Made by a program: the position numbers and the translations under genes
Assembly (NCBI GenBank): GCA_964016885.1
Contig: OZ024742.1
Location: 256,184,001 to 256,248,000 of the forward strand
Source of the DNA: Eledone cirrhosa
Lineage: Eukaryota
Length of the DNA stretch: 64,000 bases
Reading direction: 5' to 3'
Part shown: piece after piece, positions 1-15,035 of the stretch
How the letters are laid out: each line of letters starts with the position of its first letter
Numbering within the stretch: the first letter of the stretch is position 1
The notes under the pieces: model-generated
What the model saw: only the letters and a program-made list of their open reading frames with translations
Databases searched by the model: none
What the model was told of the DNA's origin: nothing

Positions 1-258
1 TGTGTGTGTTTGTGTATATATGTGTGTGTGTTCTCACGCGCATATTTGGAAAATTTGGCCCTTCGAAATACTTATTTGGCTGGAACGACATGCAACAGCG
101 TGTCTTGTTATTCATAATCGTGAGACGAACATCTTTACCCGAAGCATTTCGCCGTCACATGAGCGTCATTTGACTGTTACAATAGGTATTCGTATTGTAA
201 CGACAACAAAATCTATTTAATCTGAATACGATATATATATATATTTATATATATATAT

Positions 259-508
259 AATTGGTGTTGGATGCTTAAAGCGTCCGTATGCGGTAGGCCG
301 TATGAGCACTCGTTGCTCTCATAGAGCAGAATATGATATCATAAGAACATCTGCTTCGTAAAATCAAGACGTATCTGAGGACCTTGCGATTTTCAGAGTC
401 AGGTTCGACCATCACATCGATCGTGCCTCCAGCTGGTCGCCAGAGAAACGATTACAATATGCCCAATAAATTCCATTCGTCGCAACACTGATCCTCTTTT
501 TTTATGTG
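259..508 (+). mobile_element. Short PLE-derived (pLTR-like) insert between (TA)n tracts carrying a degenerate hammerhead at 368-463
   Basis: gacgtat-CTGAGGA-ccttgcga...tcgccaga-GAAA-cgattaca-atatgcc-cAATAAA; flanked by TA repeats. Confidence 0.5.
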
Positions 509-588
<80 letters not shown>

Positions 589-591
589 ACA

Positions 592-826
592 TATATAGGA
601 AAAAAAGTTTAAAAAGCGATTTGAGTCTTTAAGAATTTAAAATAATTCATAATTTTACTAGTTTTACATGTTTTATTATTTTCAAATTTAAGAGAGATGG
701 AGAAATATGTGCCTATGCCAACTTGTAAGTTACAAGGCGCCATAGCAACATATATCTCCATCTATGTTTACTTTTGAAATTAATAAAACTTGTGAAACCA
801 ATAATTTTCAACTTCTTTTTCCTATA
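592..826. repeat. Imperfect fold-back element with decayed UUGAAAA-type hammerhead remnants
   Basis: Arms about 655-717 and 740-802 around cttgtaagttacaag; outer ataggaaaaa/tttttcctat; ctccatct...ttttgaaa motif also seen at 24901 and 33394. Confidence 0.45.
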
Positions 827-988
827 TTTTTACTCGTGTGAGATATACTGAAAAAAATCTTACTTTCGAATATATAACCCTCTACTACATTAGATATGGT
901 ATATACTCCACTGTATATAGAATACCTTACTTACCGTTGCTACCTCCAATTAAACCAAGGACACACACATACACACACACACACACAT

Positions 989-1045
<57 letters not shown>

Positions 1046-2351
1046 CATATACATATATATTGAACTTCAGGTTCATCTTTTCACGAAGACTGCATATTTA
1101 ATAAAGGCTCACTGGTTAGAATATTTTGTTCATGGTTGTAATATCGTGAGCGTGCAATATATCCTGTAAAAAGAGTTTATTTCACATTAATTCTATTTAC
1201 TCAACTTGCCAGATACACTGTGTCTGTAATCCAAAATGACAATCTTGTCATACATTGGGTTCCGTTGCATCTGCCTAATAGCTACCTTAATGTTGTGAAT
1301 TTTCGCTACTTGTTGATTTTATGAAAAATTACATTTGGAAAGCTTCACTTAACTTTCAAGGATCACAACAAAGGAAAGGATTCATGTACACTCTAGACAA
1401 ATATGGTGGCTGTATATATCCTCCACTCCCTCTCACATATCGATTTATTGAAGAGAAGTATGCAATACTGAAAGTATAAAAAAAAGCAAGGTTTACATTT
1501 ATAAAGTGGAAGAACTAAAATGAAATAGAAAAATTGGTGGAATAAATAATGAACACTTGGACCCAGGAGGAGGGGTCAACCTCAACACTTTTGATTGAGC
1601 GATATATAACCACTTCTAAACCTTTTATTGAAGCTTTGAAACACACTGTAAAATATCACCTGCTTCAATGCAAATAGCAATTTCTTACCTCCACATATTG
1701 TTTTCCCGTGTGTTGCACATCAATTCCTTATCTAAAATTCTAATTTATTGTTATGAGAACAGCATTAGTCAATAGAAACTACCAAAAGCCAGTTATTGAT
1801 CTGATAAAAACAGACAAACAGGGCAACCGATAAATGATTTTGTTTAGTCTCAAACGTGCCTATTAATTAACGTCGAAACAAAAATAGATACTAACGCCAT
1901 ATTTTTATTATCATTGCCAACAGCCAACAGCTAAATACTAAAAGAAAAAGAAAAAAAATCTTTAATTCTTTTGCAAATGATACATCAGCTACTATTGATA
2001 TAAATTGACTTATTTCCATGACTGCACTAAGTAACAGATTGACGTTTATACAAAACCATTGTTCTAAATTTGAATTAGTTCATAAACGGCTGGGAAGTGA
2101 GCAATCTCTAATCAATAGAAACTTTTGTTAACCGAATAAAGTTATACTGACCAGACAAACAGACCGAAAGAGAAACATCTTATACGCAGAAATCGGAGTC
2201 GTGGATGTAGTAACATTTTGCCTAATTCAATATAATCTGAATACGGATTAAAACACATTTCTTTTCTCAAATTCTATCCACAAATTTGTTAACAATTAGC
2301 TAAATATAGAGCTGAAAATGTTACTTTCAACGTTTTCTTTTTTATTTTTAG

Positions 2352-2599
2352 ATAAGGAGGAGAAGACTGCCCATGATGATTTTAAGGAATACGAGAAAGA
2401 TAGATGGAAGTGCTGCAATTATATTCAATTTGGAAACCTGAAAGTGTGTAAAAGAGGGAACTCCACTAAAGGAACCGAAGGGCCAGGTGCTGTTATTAAA
2501 CCGAACGACGTATTAATTCTACCTCAGAATAGTCACTGTTGTGTATCTCGCCAAAAACATTCAATATCAGGAATTTCTATTAACATATCTTGGGTATGA
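2352..2599 (+). other. Possible host exon, unassigned
   Basis: Pyrimidine-rich acceptor ttttctttttatttttag| followed by an open, non-repetitive frame DKEEKTAHDDFKEYEKDRWKCCNY...ISWV*; no recognisable domain. Confidence 0.25.
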
Positions 2600-3834
2600 T
2601 ACGTCAATGGAGAAAAAAGTTAAGTCTATGTTTGTCATGAAACATCAGATTTGTGGGACTTCTTTTTAAATTCACGGTGCTCTTTAATACAATTTAATAA
2701 AACATTATTTTGGTGCATCTTTTTCTTAAATGCGAAAAATTACCTAAATCAGGCATTTATAAATATTAGTAACCATATTTGGACATCATCTTTACTCGAT
2801 ATATACAGTTAACTCCTACATATTAGCTGTCTATATTTCCAGTCAATAACTAAACACTGTATATCGTTCTATATTTCTAGTCTACATCTACACACTGTCT
2901 ATCTATCTCTATATTCAGACAATAGCTACACATTGTTCTATTTACGCAGTCAGTATTGAAAACAGTGGTTCCGAATTCTTATTCTTAAATCATGGTGCCC
3001 TCAAAACAAATAACAATATTTTGGTGCACCTTGCATCTAAATTCGAAATATTATTCAAACAATGTATTAACACTTTACCATAGCCGAATGTAGAAATATA
3101 GATAAGAAAACAATATAAGTACTTCATTCTTTAGTCAATGCACCTCCCACTTTAAGAGATATATATGAACTTATGAATTTCAATTTCTATGATTTTACAT
3201 TTTGAAATAGAATATTTCCTTCTCGCGGCACACATCATTACATAACGTAGCAAATAAGTGCAATGTGTAGACACATTTTGGAAATCATTACGTAGATAAG
3301 AAAAAAATGTTTCATTTATGCAAAGCAAAAGAGTAGGCTGTAAAAACAAACGATAGGTCTAAATATTGTAATCACATATTTTGTTGAATATCTTCAAAAC
3401 GTTATTGCTAAAACATCTGAAATACAAAAGGTAGGTTAGGTAATGTTTGATGTAAATTAAATAGCTCATAAAAATTCATTAATCATCAAATATACTTGAC
3501 TAAAATTTAGTAGAAATGTCTCGATACATTTTTTATCGTTTTATTAACATCTGTCTATATCCCTACGGCATAAGATAAAGTAAAATTTCATTCTTAATGA
3601 TAATTTTTATAGTAAAAGCAATGCTATTTCTGTAGATGCGAAACTTTCAAGTTAACACGTTAATACATTTATGGAAGTAATTGAGCGAAAATAAAGAGCT
3701 CAAGGTAAATATAACTTCTAAGAAGTATACATCATTAAGCAAGTCATCAATGAATACAGATTAGTCTACATTCCTACTCACATTTATACATACTCACATA
3801 GCAACACAGAAACCACCCACCACACTCACACATC

Positions 3835-3917
<83 letters not shown>

Positions 3918-5099
3918 ATTTGTTTGTTTTGAAAAGTGTGTGAGATAAGAGGCATAGGAAAAGTTTGATATTTGAAATATGTTTGTCCCAACGCAAATGA
4001 CCATAAAAATCGTCGATCACTGTAGATAAAAGATAACGAAATCGTGTAAGAAACCTCTAGGGACGGAACAATATTGGGCATAGGTGGATGTGAATAATCG
4101 AATTTCACATATCACGTATGAATGCGTTGACCCCTATGTTAAATAGTCGTGTCCAGCAACTCCGCAGTTTTAGAAAATTTGAGATTTGCCCAATTTGTCC
4201 ACCTATTATTGTCTTTCGCTTCGGGACACATGTGTTTAAAATACATTTGCTAATGTGAATCAAGATGGAATGAATGTTGCGTATGATTTTTGTTTTGAGA
4301 AGTTTGAACAAGGTGCATTAAAATTGTATCTCTATCTGATAGTTAGTCTTGCCACCATATGAAATATATATCTGCTTCTAAGAGATAGCAGCAATGTTTA
4401 TAAAAACGCCTTCAGCCAGCGTGAAAGCGTGAACGATTCAGTTAAAAGACTCATTGGATATGTCATGTTTTACAACACACTCCATCCAGAAACATGGTTC
4501 AGGTGTAATATAACAAAGAGCATGTAGGTGAAATTTGTCAGGTTTACAGGAATGAGCTTTCAGCCCAAATCATGACCTATCATTGCTTCATCTAAATAGA
4601 TTCCATTCAGAGACAACTGAACCCTGTCGACTCCGGGAAAAAAAAAACATTAGGCTCAGTAATTCGGTAAGCTTTTCAACGTTACTCATGATAATGCCTC
4701 ATGAAAGTGGCCGCATGCCCCATGATTGAATAGTTAACAGCTCGATTCGCAATCATTAGGTCTAGTATTCAATCTTACTGCATGCCACCTTTGGCAAGTG
4801 ACAATTATATATATGTGTGTGTGTGTATAGTGAGATGAACCATGATTGGAATTTTGTCAGCCTTCAGTGGAAAGTAAGACATGGAAAATTGCAAACTGTA
4901 TTATGATTGCCACATTTAATACGATTACATATTCACATAAACGCACAATCACATTTAGACATGTACTCCGACACACATACACACACTTGTATATTGCATA
5001 CAGAGAGAAATTTCAGTTTATCTTTGAAAGTTTTCTACATACAAATATACACCTATAACGCATGCAGACTATGTCTATAATATGTGTGGGTGTGTGAAT

Positions 5100-5192
<93 letters not shown>

Positions 5193-5248
5193 TATATTAG
5201 AAATGGTATCCATTTATACACACACACGAATATATATCTGTTATTTTA

Positions 5249-5301
<53 letters not shown>

Positions 5302-5839
5302 TTATATGTGTGCATGTACAACATTTCGAAAGAAAGTGCAGTAGAACATATCTATCTCATCTAACCATAGATACCTTCTGTCTGTCTGCCGTTTCCTGAA
5401 AACCAGGAATTTTAGGATAATGCCACTTTTCACCTTTATTAAACCTAATTACGACCAACGAAACGCTACTACTCTCAATACAAACCTACTTCGTAGTATA
5501 GTATATTCTGCAACTTATTTTCATTGCTTCATAAATCGCTGTAATTTCCAGCAATTTCATCATATTATGCTCATTTGAACACAATAATAGCTTTCCCCAT
5601 TCTCAATATGGTCTCTCTGATATTTCTTTACTACAAGGAATATTTTATTTTCATTCTTTTATTCATGTATTCTATTCTATTCTGTTTGGTTCAGTTTTGC
5701 CTAGGTTTTGGTTTTTATTTGGATTCCTCTTTTTTTTTTATTAATTTATTTGTGAAATTCTTTATCTCATTTTCTTTAACTGTATTTCTGTATGAATGTA
5801 TGTCTTTTTTTTTAATCACGCACACACACAACAACAACC

Positions 5840-5894
<55 letters not shown>

Positions 5895-5899
5895 TAGTA

Positions 5900-5939
<40 letters not shown>

Positions 5940-6482
5940 CTATCTAGATATATGTGTATATATACATACATACATACATATATATATATATATATTTTTA
6001 TATATATATGTATACACGCCCCGCACGTTACACATACACACACACACACATATAATATATATTCTTATAAACATTTGCATACACAAATATAAGTATTTCT
6101 ATGAATATAGTGAAAACAGGCAAACGATATGCGTATATACATATAAGAGTCAATGTTTGTGTTTATGTATAGTGTATAATGATACACACAAACTTACATA
6201 CACTGATACACATATTGTTGTTGTTTGTTTTTTCCACGGCTTTTTCAAATTTATTGTGTATACAATTGTTATATAATTCGCTTTCCTTGGTTTGTATCAG
6301 TCGGAATAGATGGCTGCTGCATTCTCTGCTCTATAATTCCATAAGCATTTCGAAGCAAAGTAACTTTTGGGTTGAAAAAAAAATCCATGGGTCTGCTCCA
6401 GTATGGCCACAGTGAATTGACTACAGCAAGTAGAAGAATAAAAGTGTAATAGAATAAACATTCTCTTGAGATAGGAAAAAGA

Positions 6483-7195
6483 TTTTACTTTTAAGAAAGG
6501 ATTTAGAATTTGGGATATTTTACAATATAACATTTTATCTCTGCATACTATTGCTTATGAAACAATTAAATCAAATGGACAAAATAAGAATTATCCATAC
6601 ATCACAGTGGTGGCTGTGCATCTTTCGATGAAGTGTTTATTGCAGAACCAGTTTAACGACATTAATGGGTATTGAACTTCCGCGATTATCAATTTAGAGG
6701 CTGTTTCCTCTTAATATCCTCTGGAAAGCGTCATGAATGTATTCCGTTCATTCATTTCCAGATATTTCCTCTGCAATAAGTTCTGTTCATGATTGACATT
6801 GAGGTAGTTTTAAGATCTGATCACTCCATCTACTACTCAATTTAACTTTCCTGGTATCATTCCATCCAGATAGACTTCAGGGAGAGAACCAGACGATCAT
6901 AAGATGTAGCGATATAGGTTGAAAGAAAATTTTGTAATGTTATTTAAAATGAACTGCGTCAATCGTATTAGATGCACTATTTTAAATCTGCCAGATAGTA
7001 TATATATATATATAAAACAAAGGAATTGTGGTAAGGAACCAGATGGACCATAATGCACCAGAGTACTCAATACTTAGAGTAGTAGAGTGAGAAATAAGAA
7101 AAAGTATGACCCCCGACGGCAGAACTCAAGCCGTTTCTGAGTCCAGAAATAGCCGTCTTAACGGCTTGAGCTCTGCCGTCGGGGTCATACTTTTT

Positions 7196-7264
<69 letters not shown>

Positions 7265-7836
7265 GCATGTATGTGTCAGGGTGTGTATAGGACAATGGAA
7301 TAAAAACAAATATCAGAGATTATAATACTATTAGTGGCAGTAATGCTGGTACAACTACTTAGAATATTAGAATAATAGTAATAACAGTTATAAAATGATG
7401 GCATATGGTCATCTTAAACGTAGTAGATAGAGAATTCACTTTAACGGTTATATATTGATGGAATTATGTGTAGTTACCAATTGACCCATACTAGTTGTAT
7501 GCGATGTTTTGTGGGCTCATAAATAAGATAGTCTTTGTGTGTGGTCAAAATTAACTGGCATGAGTAAATAGCTGCGTAAATAGATATGTATTTGGGGAGG
7601 AGGGGCTTCGCGGAGATAATTAAAATGTATCTTATACAAATTCAACAACTGGCCTATATCACCGCTGAAGTTCTGTGGTTGGTGTATTTTACTTTGTGAA
7701 AACAACATATAACATTTCTGTCAGATAATTTTTGTTTTGTCCATTTGATTTAATTGTTTCATAAGAAATAATATGCAGAGATAAAATTTTATATTGTAAA
7801 ATATCCCAAATTCTAAATCCTTTCTTAAAAGTAAAT
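6483..7836. repeat. About 113-bp near-perfect inverted repeats (6483-6595 / 7724-7836) enclosing about 1.1 kb
   Basis: tttacttttaagaaaggatttagaatttgggatattttacaatata... pairs with ...tatattgtaaaatatcccaaattctaaatcctttcttaaaagtaaa; no clear TSD. Confidence 0.8.
7014..7200 (-). mobile_element. Short PLE-type insert in (TA)n with terminal fold-back (family also at 29426 and 51047)
   Basis: Hairpin 7097-7136/7160-7198; minus strand has HHR 3' half GAAAcggc-ttgagttct-gccgTC; shared tail gtggtaag..ccagatggaccataa..gagtact. Confidence 0.65.
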
Positions 7837-8315
7837 TCACGTATATAAAAAACAGTTCACACACACACGCAGAAAATTATATCGCCAGACTTATCCACAG
7901 ACAAAGAAATTTTTCATGGGAATGTACAGATAATCTTATACACACTCACCCGTATGAATACAACTTGTTATTGATTCATATACTGTAGTGTATTGATCTA
8001 TAAAATCAGATACTTAGATGGGTATTCCGAGCATGTACTTGTAACCCTTAGACAGAGGTATTAATAATCTTTGATAGACACATATAAATACATGCGTATA
8101 GTCATATATCTATATGAGTCTACCTATGAACATACCCAAACATATAAATGTGTACCTATATACATAGACGAACAGGCACACATATATACATATACATACA
8201 TACACCTATAAACAATCATACAGACGCATACACGCATATGCATACACACATAAACACACACACACATGCATATATATATATATATACATACACACACGCA
8301 CAGTGTTTGTTATAG

Positions 8316-8355
<40 letters not shown>

Positions 8356-8524
8356 ATACACAAACAGTTAGAAACACTTCCTATTTAGCAGTGAATATTC
8401 ACTACACACATCCTATCCTAACACAAGTTATATGATACACATGAATTACTATTAAGTCACCAACTTCGAGCTAGATACTTTAATGTTGTGTTCAATTCGT
8501 TGAAGTCACCTGTTCTAATTTCAT

Positions 8525-8545
8525 TCAACAGCACCAGTGGGTCTC

Positions 8546-8619
<74 letters not shown>

Positions 8620-8778
8620 CTTCTATCTCTCTCTCTCGTTCTATGTCTCTTTTTCAATCTATTTCTCACAACCACTATCTTTTTCCTCTCTGTCGTCCTC
8701 TCTATCTATTTATGAAAGTACCCGGAAAAACCCCGTATCTCGGGATACCATGCTCCGATTTACGCAAAAATACTTCAG
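8525..8778 (-). mobile_element. Internal fragment of non-autonomous Helitron-like family (matches 55420-55597)
   Basis: ctatgtctctttttcaatcta...gtacccggaaaaaccccgtatctcgggataccatgctccgatttacgc is the near reverse complement of the 55420-55597 region. Confidence 0.55.
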
Positions 8779-8853
8779 GAGCAATTTTCTTTCAAAGTAA
8801 TTTCCCACCATGCTCCGTTCAGGCTGCATTAAATTACAAACAGTCAATCGCAG

Positions 8854-8927
<74 letters not shown>

Positions 8928-9031
8928 GAAAGAGGGCGATATATGTAACATCCCGACCGCTGACATGATTAATGGACTTTTCGGTCTTAGGCTCACAGAC
9001 TCTCTCTCCCACGCTCTCTCTCTTTCACCTT

Positions 9032-9144
<113 letters not shown>

Positions 9145-9550
9145 CTAGCAAGGTTGTTTGTGGAAGACCACCAGTCGCGCATGCATAACAGTCTCCTCTC
9201 TCTTCTCTACCGATTTTCCAAGGCAAAGGCCGATACAGCTTGGCAGCAAAGCGCGGTCCAAGAATCAAACACATAACCTGCATGTCGTAGGGCTTAGAGC
9301 TAGGAATTTGCAATTGTTTGCCGGTCAGTTCGATACCGAGACATAGTGATTTCTTGAGCAATTCTTTTTATATAATCTTGCTCGAGTTTTCTAATCTATA
9401 GAAATGAGTTATATCTTTGTTGCCAAGCTTTATTGGCCTTTGCCTTTCACTTAGAAGCCTTCAGTGGCATTGAGAGGTGAGGAGAGACTAGTATGCATAG
9501 GTCACAGCTGGCCTCCTGCCCAAACATCCTGCCCAAACATCTTGCCCAGG
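9145..9550. repeat. Inverted-repeat-bounded segment of unknown family between (TA)n tracts
   Basis: ccagtcgcgcatgcataacagtctcctctctc (about 9171-9202) pairs imperfectly with gaggagagactagtatgcataggtcacagctgg (about 9479-9511). Confidence 0.45.
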
Positions 9551-9766
9551 TTTATGCATCGTACGTGATCATTGTAGGTGCAACACCCGTGATCATTCGT
9601 GACCGAAGTTGTTCTTTACCCTTATATATATAAATGTAATCTGAGTTTTTCGAATATTAATAATAACATTCGATTCGTTTGCAATTATGCAAACAGGCCT
9701 CAATTTTATAGCCATGTCAGTAGAATGAACACGCCATTTTTGCTCTTATGTTGGCATGCGAACAGA

Positions 9767-9812
9767 ACTGCAGACATTAATGTTTCCGGGTATCATCTTT
9801 CATCAGTACAGC
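9767..9812 (-). ncRNA. Type I hammerhead ribozyme motif
   Basis: Minus strand: gctgta-CTGATGA-aagatgatacccg-GAAA-cattaatg-TC-tgcagt; 6-bp stem I, palindromic stem III, GUC triplet; stem II poorly paired. Confidence 0.7.
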
Positions 9813-10063
9813 TCATTGTTCACCTGCCAAACTGTCAGAGCTAGTGAAAATATATGCTATTTTCAAAAGTACACATTCACTGATCGGCCTGATTTGCATA
9901 TTAGCAGATCCACTGATCAGCCAGATTTGCATATCAGCAGACTGGCCAGTCAGTTTCCTGTATACAAGCGATAAATGGCCGGCTTTGCCAAATTCAAATA
10001 AAAAACGAAATTTCGCTTTACATGGCTGAATACAATAAATGTAATCCGAGTTTTTCGAATATA

Positions 10064-10255
10064 AATAATTGTTTCTACGTTAGGCACAAGGCCAGCAATT
10101 AACCAGTGCATTACTGGTACTTTATTTTATCGACCCCGTAAGGATGAAAGGCAAAGTTAACCTTGGCGGGATTTGAACTCGGAATGGCAAGGGCAGTAAC
10201 TCTATACGTCAAAGAATGGCGTCCGACCCTCTACCAATACTGCCAATCCACCGCC
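10064..10255 (-). mobile_element. tRNA-derived SINE (octopus-type, MetaSINE-like core), full length with TSD
   Basis: Minus strand: A box TGGCAGTATTGG, B box GAGTTCAAATCC, core gcctttcatccttacggggtcgataaaataaagtacc, tail agaaacaattatt; TSD ttttcgaatata at 10052 and 10257. Confidence 0.9.
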
Positions 10256-10424
10256 CTTTTCGAATATAAATAATAACATTCGATTCGTTTGCAATTATGT
10301 AAACAAGCCTCAATTTTATAGGTCCATTACGAGCAATTTTATAGGTCCATTAGGTGAAACAATTGTTCTCATTATGGCGAACTAACTGTTGTGTAACCAC
10401 TTCTATATATATATATATATATAA

Positions 10425-11970
10425 CCTTACTATACGCACACCTCGCACGAACACCATCTACTTCCTCCCCAGAATACACAACCAAAATAATCCCGGCCGT
10501 CCTATCGTTTCCGTGTGCAACTGCATTACCGAGATGATTTCTGAATATTTAGACATCATCCTTGCCCCGTTAGTCGTCAATCTCCCCTCCCACATCCACG
10601 ATACCAATCATGCCATTATACTCTTCAACTCCTTCTCCTTCTCTCTTGGTCCTTCTCGCCTTTTCTTTACCCTGGAAATAACCCCTCTATATACCGTCAT
10701 TCCTCATACCGCGTACCTCAACATTACCACTCTTCTTCATCTGGCCGAGCTTGTACTGACCTTCAATGGCTTTACCTTTACGGGTGAATTATATCAGAAG
10801 GTCTCTGGGGTACCGATGTGAACAAGAATGGGACCGAACTATGCTATCTTGTTTGTTTACTACTTCGAAGCCCAGATCTTCTCCCAGTACGCTAGACCGA
10901 CTCCTGAACTATAAGGTCGTTATATCGACGATTGTATCGACGCCACCTCTCTATCACAAGAAGAGCTCGACTGCTTTCTTTTTTTTTGTCCTATCTTTAC
11001 AACCTGCTCTCACCTTCACCGCCTCCGTCTCCAATTTTTCTCACTCTTTTCTAGATATCTCTCTATCTGCCAATCACTCTCACCACACCCCTCTCTACTT
11101 CCATCTTCTATAGACCAACAGACTCCCAATCTTACCTCAACTCCACCTCCTCCCATCCAACCCACACCAAACACTCCATACCCTATTCAAAATTCCTCCG
11201 TCTTCGTCGGCTCTGTAGCCATTGAAACCCACTCCCTTCACATGGCTTCCCGCTTTATCTAGCGTAGATATTTCCCGCCCTCATCCAAGCTGCTCTAACC
11301 CGCGCCCGTGAAACCAACCCTACCACAGCCCTCTCACCTCAGCAGCGCCATCCTATCACCTGCGTTCATTTCCCTCTCACATACCACCCCATCACCCTAC
11401 CACTCCGACGACATATCCTCCGTTCCTTCAGCATCCTCTCTTCTGACTGGGTCTCTTCTCGCTTTTTTCCAAACCCACCTATTACTGCATTTAAGCGAGC
11501 CCGCAACCTACACGTCCCCTGGTACGCAGTTTCTTCTCGTCCTCTCTAACGACACCACCCGACTCTCATCCTTCATCTGGTCCCCGCTTCAACATTTGTT
11601 CCTTCATTTCGACCCTCACCACTTCACAGGTTCTAACGGGTCATTCAGTATCAACCCGCTCTCACCTGCACATCCACTCACGTTGTCTATGCCCTGCGGT
11701 GTTCCTTTTGCGGGTCTTTATACATCGGACAAACGGGATGCCGTATGGCGGACCGTTTTGCTGAGCATTTGAGGGACATACGACACGGTTTGGATAATCG
11801 TGTCGCCCGTAATTTCTGTTCTACTGGTCATTCTTCCCTACGTGTCTCAGTCCTGGGTGACCTTTTCATCATGGATAACAGGCCTCGCGCACTAGGACTG
11901 AACAGAGTCTGATTCACCGCCTTGGGTCCTATTTCCTCATGGACTGAACTCAGCTCCACAATTTCTTCAA
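10425..11970 (+). mobile_element. Degraded Penelope-like retroelement (RT + GIY-YIG endonuclease) with frameshifts
   Basis: IYFLPRIHNQNNPGRPIVS, LYQKVSGVPM, RYIDD, FLDISL, HSIPYSKFLRLRRLCS, then HVVYALRCSFCGSLYIGQTGCRMADRFAEH. Confidence 0.92.
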
Positions 11971-12283
11971 TATGCCGTCCATTATAACATGCACTTTTAT
12001 ATTCAACCCTAGATTCCTATCGCTCTCTTATGATCAGAGACATATTCTCTTACAGCTAATACAAACCGACAAAATATGGACACTCCGCTTTTCCCTTCAC
12101 AGCTCTGTATACACACATACACACCCTTATATTAACATATTTTTGCTCATAGCTTCGTACCTTCTGGCACACACACACTCTATTACTTACATATACACGC
12201 ACATTTCTTCTTATCTTCATACGGGCATATAATAACAAAGACACGCGCAAATACACACATGCACACACAGACACACACACACA

Positions 12284-12344
<61 letters not shown>

Positions 12345-12363
12345 ACACACACACACACACACA

Positions 12364-12422
<59 letters not shown>

Positions 12423-12496
12423 GCATACAGACACACAAATGTATGCACAAGCGTACAAGTATAGCTCTTTTTACAAAACGGGTTTTTTCCATTTCA

Positions 12497-12789
12497 GCTA
12501 GACGCGCTCCATCATCCACTTTTCTAAAAAGATAAATCATACACAAAACACCAGCACCAACAGTTTTCCAAGAGATGTCAACATGAATGGACCTGTTATT
12601 ATTTTGTAAAGAAATTTATCAAATTCCCACCCACCGAACCGCTCAATCTATCTTACTTTTCATTCATTCTGGTGATGAAGGACTAGCGTACGAAACGTTA
12701 AAACCCTCTTCCTGCTATTTGAATCGTTAATCTAATATGTTCCTTCCATATACTGGGCCGATTGTGTTGTTATTTGTGCTTACATTTTA
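12497..12789 (+). mobile_element. About 295-bp PLE pLTR-like unit (family A) with minimal hammerhead at 12667-12704
   Basis: gTGATGA-aggactagcgtac-GAAA-cgtt; homologous to 23337, 26860, 42847 and 63495; 3' end abuts microsatellite. Confidence 0.8.
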
Positions 12790-13105
<316 letters not shown>

Positions 13106-13164
13106 AATATAAAGAAATACACGGACACATGCGAATACATACATATACATGAATATACCCACAT

Positions 13165-13763
13165 GTATCCCTGAATTTGTGTGGTGCCAACCTTAACCGT
13201 TGTTGCTCTATGAATAATCGGGACAAAATAATCCAAATTGATTAGATTGATTCAATATCAGAGCTATATAATACATTATAAAGAAAGAAGAAACATTAGA
13301 CATAATTAATAAGATAAACCATACCTAAATTTCTCTATTATCCTCGGCTACGTAGTTTCGTGGCGTATTATGCAAAAACACTACATCACAGAGATGCATT
13401 ATCTTTGTGAGGTTTGCCGACTTATCAAGAGGATACCTCATTTAGAGTTTCAAAACACGTCCGTAGGACCCGACATAGAGTCCCGAAAGGCGGAGGGGGA
13501 GTCCATCACGTGATACAGCGGTCAAGAAACAGAGCTAAGCCCTCCGCCTTTCGGGATTCTATCTCGCGTCCTACGGACGAGTTTTGAAACTCTAAATGAG
13601 GTATCCTCTTGATAAGTCGGCAAACCTCACAAAAATAATGCAACTCTGTGATGTAGTGTTTTTGCATAATAAGCCACGAAACTACGTAGTCGAGGATAAT
13701 AAAGAAATTTAGGTATGGTTTATCTTATTAATTATGTCTAATGTTTCTTCTTTCTTTATAATG

Positions 13764-13772
<9 letters not shown>
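13165..13772. mobile_element. PLE-type fold-back insertion: 233-bp arms (13265-13497/13540-13772), 42-nt loop, one-sided tail 13165-13264
   Basis: Arms pair almost perfectly by eye; each arm carries a hammerhead; embedded in (TA)n. Confidence 0.85.
13602..13698 (+). ncRNA. Type I hammerhead, U3-A8 core variant, extended stem II (inverted copy at 13339-13435)
   Basis: tatcctc-TTGATAA-gtcggc...(about 50 nt)...gccac-GAAA-ctacgtag-TC-gaggata, overlapped by AATAAA at 13698-13703. Confidence 0.75.

Positions 13773-15035
<1,263 letters not shown>

Larger units (their letters stand above)
9632..10330 (-). mobile_element. About 406-bp tandem unit (about 1.2 copies) with hammerhead; pLTR/retrozyme-like; related fold-back copy at 22990-23165
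   Basis: aaatgtaatc(t/c)gagtttttcgaatat..ataataacattcgattcg repeated at 9632 and 10038; the second copy is interrupted by a SINE. Confidence 0.65.

Noticed and set aside
1361-1457. Possible exon (SQQRKGFMYTLDKYGGCIYPP) with AG/GT borders
   Set aside because: Its phase does not join the 2352 frame without a stop; no recognisable domain
2800-2960. Degenerate repeats of about 35-40 bp, superficially array-like
   Set aside because: Decayed minisatellite; no constant repeat-spacer structure; eukaryotic context, so not CRISPR
10064-10255. tRNA gene (A and B boxes present)
   Set aside because: No cloverleaf evident; multicopy with SINE body, tail and TSD
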